NCBI GenBank assembly: GCA_014905635.1
Contig: JABVCE010000021.1
Span: 682,001-733,712 of the forward strand
Direction of reading: 5' to 3'
Length of the DNA stretch: 51,712 nt
Source of the DNA: Scenedesmus sp. PABB004
Taxonomy: Eukaryota
Shown: positions 24,107 to 34,774 of the stretch, piece by piece
Layout of the letters: each line of letters begins with the position of its first letter
How positions within the stretch are numbered: position 1 is the first letter of the stretch
Position numbers and translations under genes: made by a program
Notes under the pieces: model-generated
Database searches by the model: none
What the model saw: only the letters and a program-made list of their open reading frames with translations
What the model was told of the DNA's origin: nothing

Positions 24107-24989
24107 GACGTCGAGGTGAGCCAGGCAGACATCGACGCCGCGATCCGGCAGATCGGGTCGAGCAGCAGCCAGCTGATGGAGCAGGTGTTCCGGGAGGAGG
24201 CCCTGGGCCCCGGGCAGGAGCTCATCGCCGCGGGGGAGGTGGCGGACCGCATCTACCTCATCGCCGCGGGCGAGGTGGAGATACTCTCGCCCCCGGGGCT
24301 CCCCGCCGGCGACGCCGCGGCGGGCGCGCTCATCACCGGCCTCGACCGCGAGCCGGGCGAGCCGGGCGAGGCGCCCGACGCCGACATGTGGGACAGCGCG
24401 CACGTGGACGACCTCGGCAAGGCCCCGGGTGCGGCGCGGCGCGCTGCGGCGCGGCGCGCGCTGCGGCGCGGGGCGTGCGCTGCGGCGCAGCGGCGGGGCT
24501 CGGGCAGCAGCCTCACGCGCCCCCCGTGCCGCCTGCGGCCGCCGCCGCCGCCGCCCCGCAGCCGCGCAGCGCAGCGCGCTGCTGAGCGACGTGCTGGTGC
24601 CGTGCTGGGACAGCTCGTCGTCCGCGCCCGGCGGCAGCGGCAGCCCCGGCAGCAGCAGCCCCACCGCCGCGCGCGTGCTGGCGGTCAAGGGCCCCGGCGA
24701 CAGCCTCGGCGTGCCGCTCGCGCTGCCGGGCAGCGTGCACGGCGGCACGCGCAGCCGCGAGCGGCGCTGGAAGGTGTCGGTGCGCGCGCGCGGGCACGCG
24801 ACGCTGTTTGTCGCGCGCGTGGCCGACCTGGAGCGCCTCGCCGAGGCGCACCCCGAGATGCAGGGCGCGGTCGCGGCGATCGTGACGCAGCAGGAGACAG
24901 ACATGCTCGTCGCCGAGGCGATGCGCCAGCTGCGCCTCTTTGGCGACGCGGGCCGCGCGCCGGACGTGGTCATGGCGCACGCGGGCTGA
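21287..24989 (+). CDS. CaMKK/GRIK(SnAK)-like Ser/Thr kinase with C-terminal cyclic-nucleotide-binding-like domain
   Basis: Exon 1 MGPASGQW splices to LKSLRAHF. Kinase motifs: LNKTYITIKHLGSGTFGRV, YAIK, a ~200-aa insert, EIAILKKLHHPNIVNL|VEVIDDP..DSLLLVMEYV, HGDLKPAN, DFG, TPAFRSPE, DMWALGV. Then GQELIAAGEVADRIYLIAAGEVEI ... KGPGDSLG ... SVRA. Confidence 0.88.
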
Positions 24990-26153
24990 GCGGGCGGCGG
25001 CGGGCGGCGGCGGGGTGGGCGGCGGGTGGGGGCAAGCGGCGAGCGCAGGCGCGTTGTATGCGCGCTGCCCCCGCGCCGCGCGGCGCGGGCGCCCGTGTGT
25101 GCTCGTGCGTGTGCGGTGACGTGCCTTGCGCGGCTGCTGGACGCGGGCCGCTGTATGTCATAACTGTGCTGGCCCGGGGGGAGGGAATGCGGGGGTGTGT
25201 GGGCGGGGAACGGGACCGGGCAAGGCGCGAGAAATGCGCGACACGACGATGACGCGCGTGTGCGCCTCACAAAGGCGGCGGCCTGCACTGCCGCCAGCCG
25301 CGCGGAGCGGTGCGCGCGCCGGCCGGCCCGCATGCATCTGTGTGCAGCCCCGAGCATGCCGCGCACAGCGCGGTGCGGGGCTGGCACCGCGGAGCGCCTG
25401 CGGCGCTCTGCGGGGGGATTCGGAGCTGCCGCATGGCCGGGGGCCATCGGCTGCGGCGGGTGTGCGCGCGCTGGCCGCCGGCGCGCGCGGGCGGGCCTGC
25501 CGCCTGCGCGGGGCGCCCGGGCGCAGCGTGGGCAGGCTTGCATAAACAATTGTTGACGGGGTGTGCGCGCACGGCCCGCCCGCGCTTGGGGCTTGGGGCT
25601 GCTGCGCCTGCCCGCCTCACAAACCGGGAGCACCGAGAACACACGCCTCACGCGCCCCACGCAGGGTGCACGCGGGCGCGGCGCTTGTTGCGCGCCTGCC
25701 CACCCGCCTGAGGGCTGCTGGGCAGCAGGAGAGAGCTTGGCGGGGGCCGACGCCGCAGGCCGGCGGGCGCGAGGGCTGGCTGCGTTGGCGGCCCCGCGCC
25801 GCCGCCGCCGCCCACTTGCGCGCGCCAGGCGGTGGCCTGCCGCGCGTTGCACCAGCACTGAGCGAATGTGTGTGTGGCGCCCTGAAGAACCCACCACAGA
25901 CTCCCTTGCCTGCGCATTCTGCGTGGGGCACCTAGACGTGCGAGCAGCGCCGTCGGTGTGGCAAGGGCTGTCGGTCGGTCGGTCGGCGTCACTGCACTTT
26001 TTGCTTGCGCGCCCGGCGAGCGCGGTTTTGGGCGAGAGCGATGCACGGCCAGCGGGGCGCATGAATCGCCGCCCCGGACACTGCAGCGGCGCTCCGCGCG
26101 CGGGAGTGTGTGCATGTTGTGGCCGGTTCCGAGGTAGTAACACGAGCGACGAC

Positions 26154-26450
26154 GCGCGGCGCTCGCTGGCCGGTCGCTGCGGGCGCGGTGCGGGGCTGCC
26201 GGCGTGGTCTGGGGATCGCCGCGGGCCGCGTGATGGCTGGGGCGCCGAGGCCGTGGCCGGCCGGGTTGCCACCTCGCGCGGCAGGCCAGCGGGCAGGGGG
26301 CGACAGGCCTCGCCCTTCATCGTCGCGCCGCAGCACCGCCCGCACGCCGCGCCGCGCCACGCCGCCGCCTCACGACACCAGCGCCTTCAGCGAGCCCAGC
26401 GTGGCGCCGCCCTCTGTCGCGGCGGCGGCGGGGCGGCGGGGCGTCACGCG
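26154..26450 (-). repeat. ~295-bp inverted repeat, right copy
   Basis: Reverse complement of 20757-21040. It begins about 7 bp after the stop of the minus-strand gene at 26457. Confidence 0.9.
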
Positions 26451-26456
26451 GCGCGC

Positions 26457-27573
26457 TCAGGGCCGCCGCCGCAGCGCCCCTGAGCCCCCGCCGGCGTCGC
26501 CCGCGCTGCTCGTGCTGCGCGGCGCACGCGCGCGCGCCGCCGGCCCCCGGCGCGCCTCACCGCGCGGCTGGTCGCGCCCCGCCCGGTAGCCCTCGATCGC
26601 CACGGCGCGCAGCTCGGCCAGCGCCGGGTCCTGCTGCTTCGCGGCGCGCTTGGGCGCCGCCACGTGCTTGCCCCGCTTCGCCGGCCGCTGCGCCTGCTGC
26701 GCCGCGGCCTTGGCCGCCGCCAGCTTGTCCCAGTGCTTGCTCTTGAGCTGCACCGTCAGCGGCGCGTGCACCGTCTCGCCAAACGCCGGCCGATCAGCCG
26801 GCTGCTCCTGCGCGTGGCGGCGCGATCAGCCGCGTGCGCTCTTCGCGGCGCACGCACGCCGCCTCCGCCGCACCTGCTCGCCGCCCGGCTTGCGGGCCTT
26901 GCCGGCCTTTTTCTTCATCCTCTTGGCGTTGAGGTACTCCTTCTTGCGCGCCTTGAGCTTCTTGGGCTGCTCCCACAGCACGGCCGGGGCGGGCTGCTGC
27001 TTGGCGGGCGCGCCCACGCCGCCCTTCCGCACCGCGGCCGGCCCACCTGCGCGGCGCGGCGGCGTGACGGCGTGCCGCAGGCGGGCCGAGCCTGCTGCTG
27101 CGAGCGCCGCGCCCGCAGCACCCACCGCTCGGCCGCTCGTCTTCGTCGGCCGAGCTGTCGCCGCCGTCGGCCGCGGCGCCGCGGCCGCGCTGCTTCTGCT
27201 GCTGCCGCTGCTGCTCCTGCTGCTCCTGCTGCTGCTGCTGCTGCTGCTGCTCCTGCTGCTGCTGCTCCTGCGACGGCTGCTGCTGCTTCTGCGACTGCTG
27301 CTGCTGCTGCGGCGGCTGCTGCCGCTGGCCGGCGCCCGCCGGCTGCTCGAGCTTGCGCCGCTTGCTCGAGGCGCCGGCCTCCGCGGCCGCCCGAAGCGCC
27401 ATGACGCGACGGAGGCTGGCGGGCAGCTTCTCCACGTAGTCGTCGGGCGTCGGCGCGGCCGGCAGCGGCAGGCTCGCTGTCGCGCCGCCCTTGCCGCGCG
27501 CCGCCTTGTGCAGGTTGCCCTGGTTGGCGCGCTCCGCGAGCTTGGCGCGCCGGCGGATCGCCTTGCCGCTCAT
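26457..27573 (-). CDS. CCDC137-like basic nucleolar protein
   Basis: MSGKAIRRRAK..., KLPASLRRVM, Lys-rich KKLKARKKEYLNAKR, DRPAFGETVHAPL and ELRAVAIEGYR resemble the conserved CCDC137 motifs (D...FGE....P; R..AI..YR). Confidence 0.6.
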
Positions 27574-27767
27574 GGTGGCCGGCGCGCGGCGAGAGCGGCG
27601 CGGGGGAGGGCGGCGGCGGCCGGCGGCCCGCTGCTTTGGCTGTCGCGGCTGGCGGTCGCGGGCGGGCCGGGGGGCAAGGAGCAGTTTGCCCAGCAGACGG
27701 TCTCGTCGACCCGCCCCGCGTCGCAGCGGGGCGCCAGGGCTCAGGGCCCACGGCGCGTGTGCCGCGC

Positions 27768-30700
27768 TCAGCCGCGCGCCGCGGCCAGCGCCTTGTCCAG
27801 CGCGGCGGGCTCCAGCATGACGGGCTCGGTGCAGCGCTCCGCGGCGGCTGCGACGACGTCGTCCAGCAGCGCCGCCACGGCCTCGGCGTCGGGGCGGTCC
27901 AGCAGCGCGAGCAGGCGCGGGCGCAGGTAGTGGGCGTCGACCTGCAGCTGCTGCAGGCCTGCGGCGCGTGCGGGGCACGCCGCGGTCGGGCGTGCGCGCG
28001 CGCAGCCAGCGGCGCTGGCGTTGGAGCAGCGCGCCGCCGCCGGCCGCCGCGCCGCGCCCCGCACCCGCGCACGCCAGCGTCTGGAGGCGCACAAACTCCA
28101 CGAGCGCCTTGAGCCCCACCGCCGCCACCGCGCCGAGCAGCGAGCTGCGGCCCAGCACCAGGCCGCTGCCGCCCAGCGCCGCCTTGCCGCGGAAGAGCTT
28201 GGCCACGCCGCGCTCCACCGCGCCGCTCTCCAGCGCGTCGCCGACGCTGCCGCCGCGCGCGTGGTGCGTGCCGCCGGCGCCGGGCCAGGCGCCGGGCGCG
28301 GGCCCGCCCGGCGGCTCCAGCAGGCGCCCCAGCTCCGCGTCGGCGCGCGCCACGCGCTCCAGCAGGTCGTCGCACACGGGGCGCGGCCCGCGCGGCGGCG
28401 GCGCGGCGAGCCAGTCGGTGCCGCACACGCTGCGCTCGACCAGCAGCGCCAGCCCCCGGCCGTGCAGGTCCACATAGGCGCCCAGCAGCAGGTCTGACGA
28501 CCGCGGCGCGCGCGCGCACGCGGCCGACGCGTGAGCTGCGGCGCCGCTCCGCGCCCGAGCCCGCCGCGCCCCGCCCCGCCCCGCCCCGCAGCAGACGCCC
28601 CGGCCGCTCACCCGAGGTGGCGCCCAGGCGCCGCGCGACGTCGCCGCCCACAAAGGCCGGCGGCACGTCGCCGCCGCTGAAGCCCTGCCGCCCCAGGGGC
28701 GCCGCGGCAAGCTGCTCCACGATGGCCGGCACGGTGGTGCTCCGCATGACGGCGCACAGCTTGGCCAGCAGCAGCACAAGGCCTGCGCACGCGCGGGCCC
28801 GGGCGGCGGCCAGCGCAGACACGGGCGGGTGGACGGCCTAGGCGGGCTGGCGCGGCGGGCCTGCTGCCGCACGACCGGGGCGCGCACCCGTCTGTGGCGC
28901 CTCGTCCGCCGCGCCACCGTCCTGCCCCTCTGCGCCGGCTGCCTCCTGCGCAGGCCGCTCGCCATCGCCGCCGCCGGCGCTGCTGCTGGCGCCCGCGCCG
29001 CCGATGCCCGCGCCCTGCGCGTGCGAGCCCGGCACGGCGCAGCGCGCACGCACCGTCAGCACTGCAAGGCGCCTGCCTGCGCGCACGCTGCCCGCGAGCG
29101 CACCTTGACCTTGGCGACCGCCAGGAACGACCGCGCCAGCGACTGGAACAGCGCCGCCAGCTGCCCCTGCACTGCGTCGGGCAGCTGGTCCTGCAGCGAC
29201 CCCAGCAGCCGCCCGTGGTGCTCGTACGCGCGCAGGCCCTGCGGACGGGAGTGCGGGGCGGGCGGCCGGCGGTCGCCGCGTGCTAGAGAGCGCTGGGCGC
29301 CCCGGGTGCGGACCGCCGCCGCTGGCGCGGGCAGGCGGCCGCACCTTGAGCAGGGCCGTCACGCCGCGGTGCACCACCTCGGACAGATAGGCACACGCGG
29401 GGGCCAGCACCTGCCCTGGCTCTGCGCCTGCGCGGGCGTGAACCCGGGCGTGAGCGAGCGCGCGGGCGTGAGCGCCCGCGGGCGCGGCGCGCGCGTGCCG
29501 CCGGCCGCGCGCGCCGCGCCGCGCGCGCACCCGGCGCCGCGAGCTGCGCCGCGGCGATGCGCAGGCCCGAGGCGACGCGCTCCTCCAGCGCGCCAAACGC
29601 GGCCGCGACGTGGCCCCGCACCGCCTGCTCCGTGGCCGCGGCCGCCCAGTCGCGCAGGCTCAGCTCGGGCAGCGCGCCGTGCAGCAGGCCCACGTCCGTG
29701 GTGACGGCTGACATCGCCTGGCCGCGGACGTGACGGCGCGCGGCGCGGGTCGTGGGCGGCGCCGGCTGCGCGCGCCGGCGGCAGGGTCCCCCGCAGCGTG
29801 GCACGCGCGCCCCGTGCCGTGTGCGCGCACCTGCACCACCACGTCTGCGCCCCAGCCCTGGCCAAAGGTCAGGCTGGGCGCGGATGGGCTGAAGTCCCGG
29901 TCGCCGCCAGCGAGGTCCAGCCGCGCCGCGCTCGCCACGGCCGCCATCGCGCCGTCGCCCACCACGCGCCTGCACGCGCCCCGGCGCGCGCGGGGGCGGT
30001 CACGACGGCGCGCCGCTGGGCGCGCGCCCGGCGCGCTGCGGTGTGGCCCGCCCGCGCGCGGTGCCGCGGCGCTCACCGCACGAGCCGGAAGTACTGGCCC
30101 ACCACCTCCTTGGCCAGCGCGAGCAGGGGCTTGCGCCGCGACGGGCCGCCGTCGTCCTGTAGGGCGGGCGGGCGGCGACGTGGGCGCGTCGGCGCCGGCC
30201 GCGGCAGGCTGCGGCGGCGCTGCGCTGCGCTGTGCGCCACGCGCCTGCAGGAAGATGGTGGTGACGTTGACCGCCGTCTCCTGCAGCGTGTTGATCAGCC
30301 GCTCGTCCAGCGCCGTCACAAAGCGTGCCAGGCTGGGCGGCGTCCCGTCGGGGCCAAAGCCCCAGCCCTCGGGCCCGTCCAGGCCCGGCGGCGGCGCGCC
30401 GCCGGCGCGGGGCCCGGGGCTGGCCGCCGCCGCGGCCATCGCGTCCGCGGCGAGCGCCGCGTCGGCGAGGATGCGGCGCAGGCGCTCGCCGCGGCCCGCG
30501 AGGTAGCGCTCCTGCAGGCCGTCGTCGCCCTCGCCGAGCTGGCGCAGCAGCAGCACCGCCTGCTCGGGCTCGCCCTTGCGCTCCGCGAGGCGGCGCTTGA
30601 GCGCGGCGCTGACGTCGCGCGCCGCCGCGTCCGCGTCGGCCGCGATGCCCCGGAACGCGCCGCGGTGGCCGTGCTGGCGCAGCAGCGGGAGCGCCTCGGC

Positions 30701-31461
30701 GTAGAAGCCGACCGCCGCGCCCAGCGCGTCCTCCGCGAGCGCCGCCTTCATGCGCGCGGGCAGGTCAAACACGGCCTGCAGCGCCGACAGCAGGCCCTGC
30801 ACGCGGCTCAGCTCCTCGATGTGCTGCCGCCGCTTGAGAAGCTTCGCGTTGACCGCGGCGCTCTTCTCCGCGACCGCGTCTGCGGCGCACGGCGCGGCGC
30901 GGGCGCGACGGCGTCGCGCCGGCGCGGCGCTCACCCCGCTCCCCGCGCTCCCCGCGGCGCCCTCGCGCCCCTGGCGTGTGCGCCGCGGCGGCGCGCACCC
31001 ATGTTTGCGGCGAGGCGGTCCATGTCGTCGCCCATGGCGTCCACGTTGGCCTTCATGTCGCGGATGGTGTCGGTCGCGGCGATGAACTTGTTGTAGTTCT
31101 CATACACCAGCTGCTGCATGTCCGAGTCGAGGTGCTTGATCGACCGCGCCAGCCCGCGGTGCTCCGACAGCAGCCCCGCCACGCCGAGCGAGCGCGTGAG
31201 CGCCGACACATGGCGCTCCGGGTTGAAGCCCGGCGCGTCCAGCCCCGGCCCGCCGCCGCCGGGCGCGCGCCCGGCCGGCGGTGCGGCGGCCGGCGGCGCC
31301 GCGCCGTCGGCGGCGGCGCGGGCGCGCGGCGGCGCGGCGCCAGCGGCGGCGCCAGGCGTGCCGGGCGTGCCGGGCTCGGGCGGCGCGTTGCCGTAGTAGC
31401 TGGACAGCAGGTGCTTGATGCGCTCGCTGCGCCGCGCGTAGTCCTCGCCCTCGGCCGCCAT
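27768..31461 (-). CDS. VPS51: GARP/EARP tethering complex subunit VPS51
   Basis: LLSSYYG, LDAPGFNPE, LDSDMQQLVYENYNKFIAATDTIRDMK, VFDLPARM, KALVEFVRLQTL, GLQQLQVDAHYLR and LLDDVVAAAAERC. Confidence 0.93.
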
Positions 31462-31965
31462 GGCGGCGTGCGTGCGCGCACGCCGCGCCGCGCGGCGCTG
31501 CTGCTTCGCGCCGCGCGCGCCGCCCGGCCGGGCTGCGCGAGCTAGCAGCAGGCGCTCCGCGGCGGCTCCCCCATGCCGGCGGTGCTGCCGGGGGCTGCGG
31601 CCGCGGCGCGGGCGGCGCTCGACAACAGCGGCGCGCGCGGTTGCGGCGCGCGGGGGCTGCGGCGGCGCGCGGGGCCCGGGCTCGGGTTGCGGGCTATCAC
31701 AGCGGCGGCTCGCCTCACCGCTCCGTTGCGAACCGGCGGCCTGCGGCTCAACGCTGAGCCCGAGCTCGCTCGAGACGGGCCCTCCTTCCCCGCCGCGCCC
31801 ATTCCGGCCCCTCCCAAGTCGTCCCTGCACGTCCCATCGCCTCCGCGACAGCCAAGCGTCGCTAAGCGCGACAGGCGCGCAACAGCGAGCGAGCGGCGGC
31901 AGCAGATCAGCAGCAGCGCCCGCCCCGCCCCGCGGCCCACGCAGGCGCGCCCGCCCGGCGGGGGC

Positions 31966-34651
31966 ATGACCGCCGCCATGGAGGCCGCCGGCGCCGCGAT
32001 GGAGGCCGCGACCAAGGGCCTGCGCGACTTTGCGGACACGCTGCTCGAGCTCAAGCGCGCCGCGGGCGCGGGCGCGCCGCCGCTGCTCGGCGCGGCGGCG
32101 GCCGGCGGCGGCGCGCTGCTGCTGCGCGCGCGCGAGGCCTCGCGCGCGGCGGCGCTGGGCGCGGAGGCGCTGAAGGAGGAGACGGCGGGGCAGCGCTCCG
32201 CGCTCGACGCCGCGTGCCGGTCGCTGCACAACCTCGTGTACGAGGCGCTCTACTACGACAAGGAGGTCGCGGCCTGCACCTCCTTCGCCAGCGCCGTGCC
32301 CGACGACGCGCTCGGCGCGCCCCCGGCGCCCGGCGCGCCGCCGGCGGCGCCGGGCGTCGCGGCGCCCGACGCGTCGCACGCGGCCGAGCTCGCCCGCCTC
32401 AACGAGGAGCTGTCGGTGCGCAAGGCGCTCAAGGCGCACCTGACGGCGCTGCAGGCGCGCAAGGCCGAGGCGCTCGGCGAGCTCGCGGCGGCGAGCGGGC
32501 GCATCGACGGCCTGCGCACCGCGATGGAGGGCATCGGCCGCAGTGCCGCGCCGCTCATGGAGAGCGCGCTGCCCGACGCGGCCGGGCTGTCGGCCAACGC
32601 GGAGGCCGCGGAGCTGCTGCCCCTGCCGCTGTACGTCCTCTACGCCGCCGCAGCGACAGGCGCGGCGGTGGTGGGCCTGCCGATCAAGGTCGACGTCGAC
32701 GGCAGCACCGCCGCCGCGGCGGCGGCCGCCGCCGCAGCGGCCGCCGCGCCCGCGGCTGAGGCGGCGGCCGCCGCCGGAGGCGCCGGCGACGCGGCGCCGG
32801 CGTCCAAGCGGCGGCGCAAGCTGGAGCAGCCGGAGGACCAGACCTACAAGGCGCGCCCGCGGCGGCGCCGGGCGCGCGGGGGCGCCCGCGGCAGCCCCGC
32901 TCGCTCGCTCGCTCCGCCGCCGCCGCCCTCCATCGCCTCACCCGCCCCTCCCGGCCGCGCCGCGCCGCGCCGCGCGCCGCAGGTGCACCCGCTGTCGGTG
33001 AGCGTCGACGTGCTGAGCGCGGACGGCGGGTGCGTGATGAGCCTGAGCTTTGCCTACTACGTCACCCTGCGCCTCGTGGGCGTGTCGGCGGGGGGCGGCG
33101 AGGACGAGGAGGTGCTGACCGACCTCTTCCTCGGCGACACCGGCGACGGCGCGCTGATCGAAAACGTCGCCGCCGCGGGCGGCGCGCCCGCGTTTGGCGG
33201 GCCTGGCCGGCCGCGCCCGTTCCGCTGGGCGCAGGACCTCGCGGGCGTCGACGTGGTCGGCACGCTGCCAGCGAGCCTCGCGGGCGGGGACAAGCAGGAG
33301 GTGCTGTCAGCGCTGAGCGCGTACCGCAGCCAGCTGCGGCTCGAGAGCTTTGTGGAGCGGCTCTCGGCCGCGAAGCGGGGACGGCTGGCCCTGAAGTGAG
33401 TGCGAGGTGAACGCCACCACGCGGGGCCCCGCAGCGGCCGCGGGCGCGCGCCGCGCCGCCGCCCGCCCAGCGCCGCCGCCGCGCCCGCCCAGCGCCGCCG
33501 CCGCGCCCGCGCGCGCCGCGCTGCGCCCTCCCGCCGCAGGGCCATCCTCGAGGCGTTGAAGCGCAAGGAGCAGCCGCACAGCAGCTGGGACGGCAAGCTG
33601 CTCACGCGGGTCGAGACCTCCATCGCGAGCTGGCGCCTGCTCAGCGACGCGGGCATGGCGCACGCGCCCGCCGCGGAGGCGCCCGTGCTGCCCGCCGCCT
33701 TCCCACGCGCCGGCGCCGGCGCTAGCGGCGGCGGCGGCCGCGCCGAGGCGTGGCAGCCGGCGGCGCCGGCCGCCAGTGGTGAGGAGGAGGGCGAGGTCGC
33801 GGGCGCCGACGGCGACGGCGCGGACGCCTCCCCGCGCCGCCTCGCGCACGGCGACACCGCGGACGCGGCGCTGCTGCAGGGGCTGCTGGCCGACGACGCT
33901 CCCGGCGCCGCGGGCGCAGAGGCTGCCGCGGCGGTTGGCGGCGGCGGCGGCTGCGCACCGCAGCGCGAGGGCGACGCGGCGGGGCTGGACGACGACGACG
34001 ACGGCCTGCTCCTGCTGGAGGGCCTGGAGGCCAGCGACGCGCCGGAGGCCAGCGCCGACTCGGACGCCGGTGCGCCGGCGTGCGAGGCGCCGGCCAACGG
34101 CAGCGCCGGCGGCGGCCCGCGGCTCGGCGCGCGGCACATGCTGTACCGCCTGGTGCTGCGCAGCGCGAGCGGGCTAGAGGCGCAGCTGCAGGTCAAGGTG
34201 TTCATGGCCTACCCGCTGGCGCCGCCGCTGTTCACCGTCACGCGCCTGCATGACGGGGGCCACGAGGCGCACGCGCCGCAGGTCAACGAGGTCCTGAGGC
34301 TGGAGCAGCAGGTGCGGGCGGAGCTGCGTCGCGCGCGCGTCGCCCGCCCGCCGCCGCCACGGGCCCTGCGGCCGGCGCTGCGCGAGAGCCCAGCGCCGCA
34401 CGCCCACCCCGTGCCCCGCACCCCGACGCGCGCAGGCCAACTCGCAGGCGGTCGCCGCGGCGGCGGCGGCGGAGCCGTGCGAAGTTTTGGCTCTGCAAGT
34501 GCTGCAGCTGCGGCAGGCGCTGGACGCGCTGTCCGCGCAGCAGCGCAGCGACGCCTCCTCCAAGGACCTCGTTGACAAGCTGCGGGCAAAGCAGCAGCTG
34601 CGCGGCCGCGAGCGGCAGGCGCGGCTGCCGCTGAGCGGGCAGCAGCTGTGA
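31966..34651 (+). CDS. THOC5: THO complex subunit 5
   Basis: LHNLVYEALYYDKEVAACTSF, ARLNEELSVRKAL, LLPLPLYVLY, YKVHPLSV, RPFRWAQDLAG, YPLAPPLF and C-terminal LRGRER. Stop TGA at 34649-34651. Confidence 0.85.
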
Positions 34652-34774
34652 GGCTGCAGCGTGAGGGCGGCCCGGCGGGCGATGAGCGCACCGTGCCGCT
34701 TGCGGGTATGCGGTGCGACGAGTAACGCACCTCGTCGCACGCAACTCGTCGCTCCGTTGGGCTGTCGCGCGGTT

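Noticed and set aside
20757..26450. Autonomous DNA transposon between the inverted repeats
   Set aside because: No transposase and no TSD were seen; kept only as an unexplained inverted repeat.
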